From Camelus ferus (Eukaryota), in contig NC_045707.1 of assembly GCF_009834535.1 (NCBI RefSeq), forward strand, positions 51,028,001 through 51,092,000: a stretch of DNA of 64,000 nt, in the 5' to 3' direction. Below the pieces are notes generated by a model that was not told the origin of the DNA, searched no databases, and worked only from the letters and a program-made list of their open reading frames with translations. Shown here in pieces: positions 58,141 through 64,000 of this stretch (positions are counted from its first letter, which is position 1; each line of letters begins with the position of its first letter). Both the position numbers and the translations under genes were made by a program.

Positions 58141-59034
58141 TTAATGAACAGTATTTGGCATATCATCTTTCAGTAAAGGATTAGACAAAATGATCATTCC
58201 TACAAGTCTGATGAATGTCTTTAAATGCATCTCACAAAATCAGTATATCGGTTTTATTTTCCACTTCGCAGTCTGGGAAGAATTCTATTATTTGCTTTCA
58301 AAAGGAAACTTTAGTGTCAATTATAGGGGGGGAAAGTGCTTAAAAAAAAAAAAAAAGATAAAGAAGAGAGGAACTGGTCCAAACAGTTGAAAATGTCATT
58401 TAGATCTCAAGTCTACAGCTTAACAGAGTTATGTAGTGCTGTATCTTGCTCCAGAATGGTTGAAAGCAGCTGGATGTGCAAAACCTAAACAAACAGAACT
58501 ATAAACACCTCAGAAAGCGTTTTCACAGAAGGGCACCCTCGGTCACCAAGCAAATGACAGCAACAGGACTGGTGACTATTGGGACCGCTTCTCTCGCCAC
58601 CTCCAGCAGTGTGGCCTGGACTAGTTCTATCCTCTGCTGTCGAGAGCCTCCCCAGCTAAATGTACTAGCTCCTCAACCTTCACGTTCTGTAATCGAGAAG
58701 GTAGTGGTGCTACAGGTAAGGCAGCGGGGGTCGGAGGATGCAGTGTCCTCTTCTCAATTCTCCACTAGCCTCCAAACCACGATAGCTGCTCCCACACCAC
58801 TGTAGAGAGACAGATTTTGATACCGAAAAAGGCTAAAACTTTTCCTTCTTCTTACAGAGGGCACCCGTCCACCCCACCCCAGGGCGTCTTGGCCAATGCC
58901 TAAGGAGAGCGCGGGGTCTACCCACCTCTTCAGACTCCAGCCCGGCCCTTCCTCCCCAACGGTAAGGAGCGTCTCCAAGGCGGGACCGCTCCCCTCAACT
59001 CCTCTCCCGCCGCTGACCCACAGCCCGACCTCAC

Positions 59035-59200
59035 CTGGGAGCAGTTCCACCACGGGATGGCTTAGAGAAATCTTGGGAAGAGCGGTCTAGCAAACGACGC
59101 CACCGAAGGCACAGTCATGGTCCACCTCATTCAGGGCGCCAGCGCAGACACGCCTCAGCTGCTGCGCCTCCCGCCTCCGGGAGGTTCCCCAGCCGCCCCG
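59035..59200 (-). other. TMTC3: TMTC3 non-coding exon 1 (5' end approximate)
   Basis: Minus-strand donor CCCAG|GTGAGG at 59035/59034 inside the CpG island, upstream of the coding exon 2. The TSS cannot be fixed from sequence. Confidence 0.7.
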
Positions 59201-59306
59201 GTACGGTCCCAGCCTCCCGCACTGCACGCCGGGAACGGCCTACCTCCTCTTCTCAAAGACTTCAGCGTCCAGACGCACCAGCCGCCAAGCAGAACTGCAC
59301 TCTGGG

Positions 59307-59624
59307 ATTTGGAGTCCTCATCCCACGCCTTCTCAGCCTCCTGAACGCAGAGTCCCAGGACCCGGCTGAGGAATCTAAACGTAAAGCATTGCTCACAGTC
59401 GTGAAATATTGGCGACGCTTGCATCCGGGTCCTTGTTCCGGCCTCGGCGGGGTGGGAAATGGTGTTGCCTAGCAATCACCGCGGCTATTACTTGCTCCGG
59501 ACCGGTTGGCGGGATCCCGTGTCGGATTGGAACCGCGCTGGGGAGCAGTGTGGAGTGGCCGCGGGGCCTGGCTGGGTGGGTGCGGTAGCAGAGTGGCCAT
59601 CTCTGGTTACCAGGCTTTGTCTAG
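59307..59624 (+). other. CEP290: CEP290 non-coding exon 1 (5' end approximate)
   Basis: Resembles the human CEP290 leader as recalled (AATCTAAACGTAAAGCAT...GTCTAG). Donor TAG|GTTGGT at 59624; a possible alternative donor CTG|GTGAGC lies at 59638. Confidence 0.7.
59464..59476 (+). promoter_or_regulatory. RFX X-box-like motif
   Basis: GTTGCCTAGCAAT versus the X-box form GTTGCCTAGCAAC, at the 5' end of a ciliary gene. Confidence 0.6.
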
Positions 59625-60237
59625 GTTGGTGCATCCTGGTGAGCGGGAGCGGCAAGTCTTCTCCCACGCAGGTTCCTTAAGCCTCAAGGCCCGTATACCA
59701 TAGCCCAGCTTCCCCGCTTCAGCCTTTAGCCCGCAATCCGTCTACCTTTTGCTCGCTTCAGCTCTGGTTTCCCCAGCTCAGCTGCAGTTATTTCAATCGT
59801 TTATCTACTCACTTTTTTTTTCTAAACCCTTAGCTCCACTTCCCCGAATCAAGGGTTACTTTCAGCTTTCTAAGTACCCCTGCGTTTGGCACCATTACAT
59901 GTTCGCGCGCCTTGGTGGTAAGGGGGCGTAGAGGAGGGGGAATCAGAATCTTAGTTCTGACTTAGATTAGTTTTAGCGAGGAAGCCGTCATAATTTATTC
60001 AGCCTATAAAATATCTAATGGTTTGTGCCAATTGCTGTAATTTTGATCTAGGCTATTTTACCCACATATCTGTTATACAATTTAGGGGCTATAGCCCTTT
60101 GCTAACACCATAGAGAGTTATAATAAGATAATCTGTACAAGCTCTAAATTACTGTAAAAATAGTAATGCTGTTTACCTTGAAAATGCTAATACCCACTTG
60201 TTTTGTTAGAGAGTAAAGCACAGTGAAAGAATTCAAG

Positions 60238-60339
60238 ATGCCACCTAATATAAACTGGAAGGAAATAATAAAAGTTGACCCAGATGAGCTTCCTCGTCAA
60301 GAAGAATTGGCAGATAATCTATTGATTTCATTATCCAAG
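60238..60339 (+). CDS. CEP290: CEP290 exon 2, coding part (MPPNINWKEIIKVDPDELPRQEELADNLLISLSK)
   Basis: Recognisable CEP290 N-terminus. Acceptor TAG at 60207-60209, donor AAG|GTACTT, 102 nt. Confidence 0.97.
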
Positions 60340-60491
60340 GTACTTAATTGATAAATAATACATAGATGTATACATACAACTGTGATTAATCAAAGTTGTC
60401 CATGAAATCACTGAATGCTACAAGTGGAAGGGTTCTTACATTTTGATGAAGGGTTATAAAATATGAAATAGTTGCTTTTCTCTTTACTTAG

Positions 60492-60569
60492 GTGGAAGTA
60501 AATGAGCTAAAAAGTGAAAGTCAAGAAAATATGATACACCTTTTCAGAATTACTCAGTCACTAATGAAG
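60492..60569 (+). CDS. CEP290: CEP290 exon 3 (VEVNELKSESQENMIHLFRITQSLMK)
   Basis: TAG/GTTTGT boundaries, 78 nt. Confidence 0.96.
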
Positions 60570-61569
60570 GTTTGTATGCAGTAGGTTTAATAATAGCTTT
60601 GACTTTTAGAGAAAGTTTAAGAAACTGTTCTAGTTCGATAAATTAATCTCTGTGAAAGTACTTTGCAATATCTAAACCACCACTAAAAAGTGAAATATCT
60701 TCAAAAGTGGATTGAGACTTTTAGGTGCAAAACATTATTCATTTCTGCTCTACAGTTCCTAAAAGAAATGTGTAGGGGAAACAGAATGTATGTTTATCAA
60801 AGGATAGAGAGCTCCTATGCTAATTATGTTAATATAATTTGTCAGTTATGTTGGCATGTAGCTGACTACTATAGGGTTCTGTTAGGAGGGGAAGAGATTT
60901 AAGTGTGAGAAGATCCTATAAAGATCCAAGACTAAAGAGTAGTTTTGGGTAGGTGGAAGGCAGTGGTAAAGTTAAGGAGATTCTAGAGCTGGAGGTACCA
61001 AAAGTAAAAACTGGGAATAGAAAATATGCACGTTCTTTCCATTTGAGGAGACAAGTGTAGAAAGCTTATAGCAGGTTGTAGAGGAAACAAATGATGGGTA
61101 TAGTTTGGAATAGGCTGTCCAGTGCCTTCAAAATGTATATTTATGCTGTCAGTAGTTAGGAGCCATTAAAGGTTTTTGAGCTACATTTGGTAGATATAAA
61201 AAACATGCCTTAAGAAGGCTAAATGAGGAATGTTAAAAGGACAAATTGAAGGGAAATTGAAGCTGTTAGCTTCAAATTAGCATAGAAAAAAGTTGGTAGA
61301 AAACATTACAAAGGGAAAAGTTACAATACTAAATATAAGGCTTGTGGGAAAAAGAGGAATCAAAGATGTTTCAAAGTTTTAGGAATCTAGAAGTTACAGC
61401 CTTCAGTAAGAAAATCATCTATTCATTGAACAAATATTTGCTGAATGTCTCCATGTACCAGGCATTGCAGGCACTAAGTATTGGGATAGCAAATAAAACA
61501 GTCCTTATTTCGAGTGCTTACATTCTAAAGTAAAGGCTTACTGAATAGCTTTTTTTAAAAAATGTTTAG

Positions 61570-61639
61570 ATGAAAGCTCAAGAAGTGGAACTCGCTTTGG
61601 AAGAAGTTGAAAAAGCTGGAGAAGAACAAGCAAAATTTG
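61570..61639 (+). CDS. CEP290: CEP290 exon 4 (MKAQEVELALEEVEKAGEEQAKF)
   Basis: TAG/GTACGT boundaries, 70 nt. Confidence 0.96.
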
Positions 61640-61937
61640 GTACGTACCTTGGAGAAGATTATTATGGTGTTAAATGGTGGATTGCATTTATTCACTAAGC
61701 AATAGAGAATTAGCTTTAATATATTCTATAAAATGTATATACTCAGTTTATTTTGAAAGATTTTTCTAGAATTCCTATTTCATGGATCAGGTACAAAATA
61801 GTTACTTTCTCTTATACCTTATTGCAGTCATGATAGAATCTTTAAAAAGAATTAATTTTATTATTTTATTGAAATTTATTTAAAAGTTTATTTTGAGATA
61901 AATCTGACCAATTGACACATTTCTTTTTTTCTAATAG

Positions 61938-61984
61938 AAAATCAATTAAAATCTAAGGTAATGAAACTGGAAAATGAACTGGAG
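61938..61984 (+). CDS. CEP290: CEP290 exon 5 (ENQLKSKVMKLENELE); gene continues past the window
   Basis: TAG/GTATGT boundaries, 47 nt, phase consistent with exon 4. Confidence 0.95.
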
Positions 61985-63730
61985 GTATGTTCTTTTGTAT
62001 TCATTGGGGTATTACTGTTGTAAATTTTATTATTTTCAATTGTTATTTTCAAAGTTTTTCATTATAATTAGCTGGAAAAATCACAGGAATGATAATTCTG
62101 TTTGTAATTGTTCAATATATGTTTTGCATGCTTATTGTGTACCTTAAATTCTACTAAGGATTGCATATCCAGTTGTGAACAAAATAAAGACATTGAATAA
62201 TCTTACAGTCTAGAGAAATATGCAGAAAGATTACTATTGCTGAGGTGGAGTGAGGCACATTGGAATTTGAGGAACAGTGACAGAAGAGTACTGGGGAAGA
62301 AACTTTAGAGAAAGCCAAGAGCCAAAATGTGAGTGTATTGCTGAGGAGCTGAATACACTGAAATTACTGAAATTGTGGAAAGAATGTGATATAAATGGTT
62401 TAGCCTTTAAAAGGAGGAAGGACCTTTTCGCTTTGTAATAGGAAGGGAGGAAGAATGGATGTGTACAGAAGCTTTTTATGTTTGTAAGTTTTGTGCCTGG
62501 ATTTTGAGAATGGGGATGTCGTCTGCTAAAAATAAGAGTGAGAGATGTGTGGTCAAATTTTAAGTCAGATAAAACCTTAAATATAGTGGAGAATGAACTG
62601 AAGATTTCATGACCTGTAATCAAGCAGTTCAAGTTCAAATCCTGATTCTTTAATATGTTAACTCTATGATCCTGAATGGTTTATATTTTATTCCTTACTG
62701 TATATCCAACTCTTAGGGAAATAGCAGTCATTCTCAATAATGAGTTGTTAAGTGAATTATAAAGTCAGACTGATTCTGTGTTAGTGTTTAGCAAGGCAAC
62801 TGTTATAGTATAGAAGAATAGGGCCGATGGAGGTATTGGTATGAAAGTGGATGAAGTGATGATTATGAAATCTTAGCTAAATAGACAAGGAGGTCAAGAT
62901 TGGGGTGGGGAGGAGAGGTTAAAGAGAAGAGGAGTCGAGGGATTAAAGGGTTCTGTGCGGTAAAAGGGCAGGTATAATGTTAATAATTGGAAAAAGTTCC
63001 TGCTTGGACAAGATTCTAGTGTGGGGATGGGAGCAGGAGGCTACAGTGAATTCAAGAAACAAGTTAAAAAAAAAAAAGACCAGAATGAAAGTTATATAGA
63101 TGGAATAGATGCAAGAATTTCTAGATTGCTTAAGGGGCTTCTGATGGGAGACTATGAGCTGGGTGCCAAAAATGAATTTTGTGAAGGAGTGATTGGGAAA
63201 TTGGTAGTTTGCTGCTGCAGTAAGTAGGTAGTGATCAGATAGGTGGATATCATGTAAGACTGATAGCAGCTGGAGTTTTTACAGAATGGTAGAGGAACAA
63301 TAGCCTAGAAATTACAGGTTGGGATAAATCAACAACTTCTTTTGACCCTGGTGTATATGGATATGGGATGTGAACGAACGAGCATCTCCCAGTTGAAAGA
63401 GTGCCAAAGGCATTAGTGTACTAAAAGAGCCAAACTGTAGCTAAAGCAAGGAGATGGACAGGATGATTCAGTAAAAAGGCTGAGGATGTAAAATATTAAT
63501 TTATCTTGGAAAAGGATTTTCGAGAGCACAGTGGAAAGCTTTCTGAAGGAGGTAAAGACGAAGAAAATTTAGTTAAGGTGGAAAAATAACAGAGCTGTCT
63601 GGTGAAGAGATGAAGGTGAGACAGATTAGATGACCAAAGGATTTGATGTTTTGGATCATGACCTGAAACAGCAGGAATGTGAGGTAAAATGTATTTAGTT
63701 TGCTGCAAGATTTTAAAGATAATCTAAGTA

Positions 63731-63930
63731 AGGGCTGTCCGATATGGTAGCACTAACTACTTGTGGCTATTAACATTTAAAGTAATTACAATTACAATTA
63801 AAAATTTAGTTCTTTAGTTGCACTGGCCACAATTCAACTGCTCAGTAGACACATATAGATAGTGGCAACTATACTGGACACTGCAGAGAGCATTTCCATT
63901 ATCCTAGAAAGTCCTGTTAGATAAGCACTG
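63731..63930 (-). mobile_element. MER3-like hAT-Charlie element
   Basis: GCTGTCCGATATGGTAGC..TGTGGCTATT...GTGGCAACTATACTGGACAC...CATTTCCATTATC. Confidence 0.75.
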
Positions 63931-64000
63931 GTCTAAATAGTCCACGATATGAGGAAAAGTGAAGGTTAAGAGCACTATGAGTCAGTCAGTGACTAGGGTG

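Larger units (their letters stand above)
58850..59950. promoter_or_regulatory. CpG island / bidirectional promoter of TMTC3 and CEP290
   Basis: Only GC- and CpG-rich stretch in the window; contains both divergent first exons. Confidence 0.9.

Noticed and set aside
58476..59475. Several 60-110 aa ORFs around the CpG island
   Set aside because: Expected in stop-poor GC-rich DNA; no recognisable domains, and several cross exon/intron boundaries.
59459..60240. N-terminal extension of CEP290 from the uATG using the tandem AG at 60210-60211
   Set aside because: That splice would be in frame, but TAA at 60214-60216 blocks it.
62234..62638. 134-aa minus-strand ORF in CEP290 intron 5
   Set aside because: Lies in degenerate L2-like sequence and has no recognisable domain.

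Overview
Mammalian genomic DNA, probably camelid (inferred from a tRNA-derived SINE and the L1 3' ends). It holds the complete TMTC3 gene on the minus strand (non-coding exon 1 near 59035-59200, 13 coding exons from 51731 down to 12674, and a roughly 4 kb 3' UTR). TMTC3 lies head-to-head with the first five exons of CEP290 on the plus strand, sharing a CpG-island bidirectional promoter. The rest is intronic/intergenic sequence rich in L1, L2, MIR, MLT, ERV1 and hAT repeats. All coding splice sites were read by hand. Every exon keeps the expected phase except TMTC3 exon 7, which is 252 nt rather than 253 and carries an apparent 1-bp frameshift; an assembly homopolymer error is the most likely cause. 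Other observations: a uORF in each gene's leader, an RFX X-box in CEP290 exon 1, four 5'-inverted (twin-primed) L1 insertions, a polyadenylated LTR fragment with a target-site duplication (TSD), a sense-oriented ERV 3' LTR in TMTC3 intron 1, and two CTCF-like motifs. I found no convincing new multi-gene system. Repeat family names and comparisons with human come from recall, not from searches.
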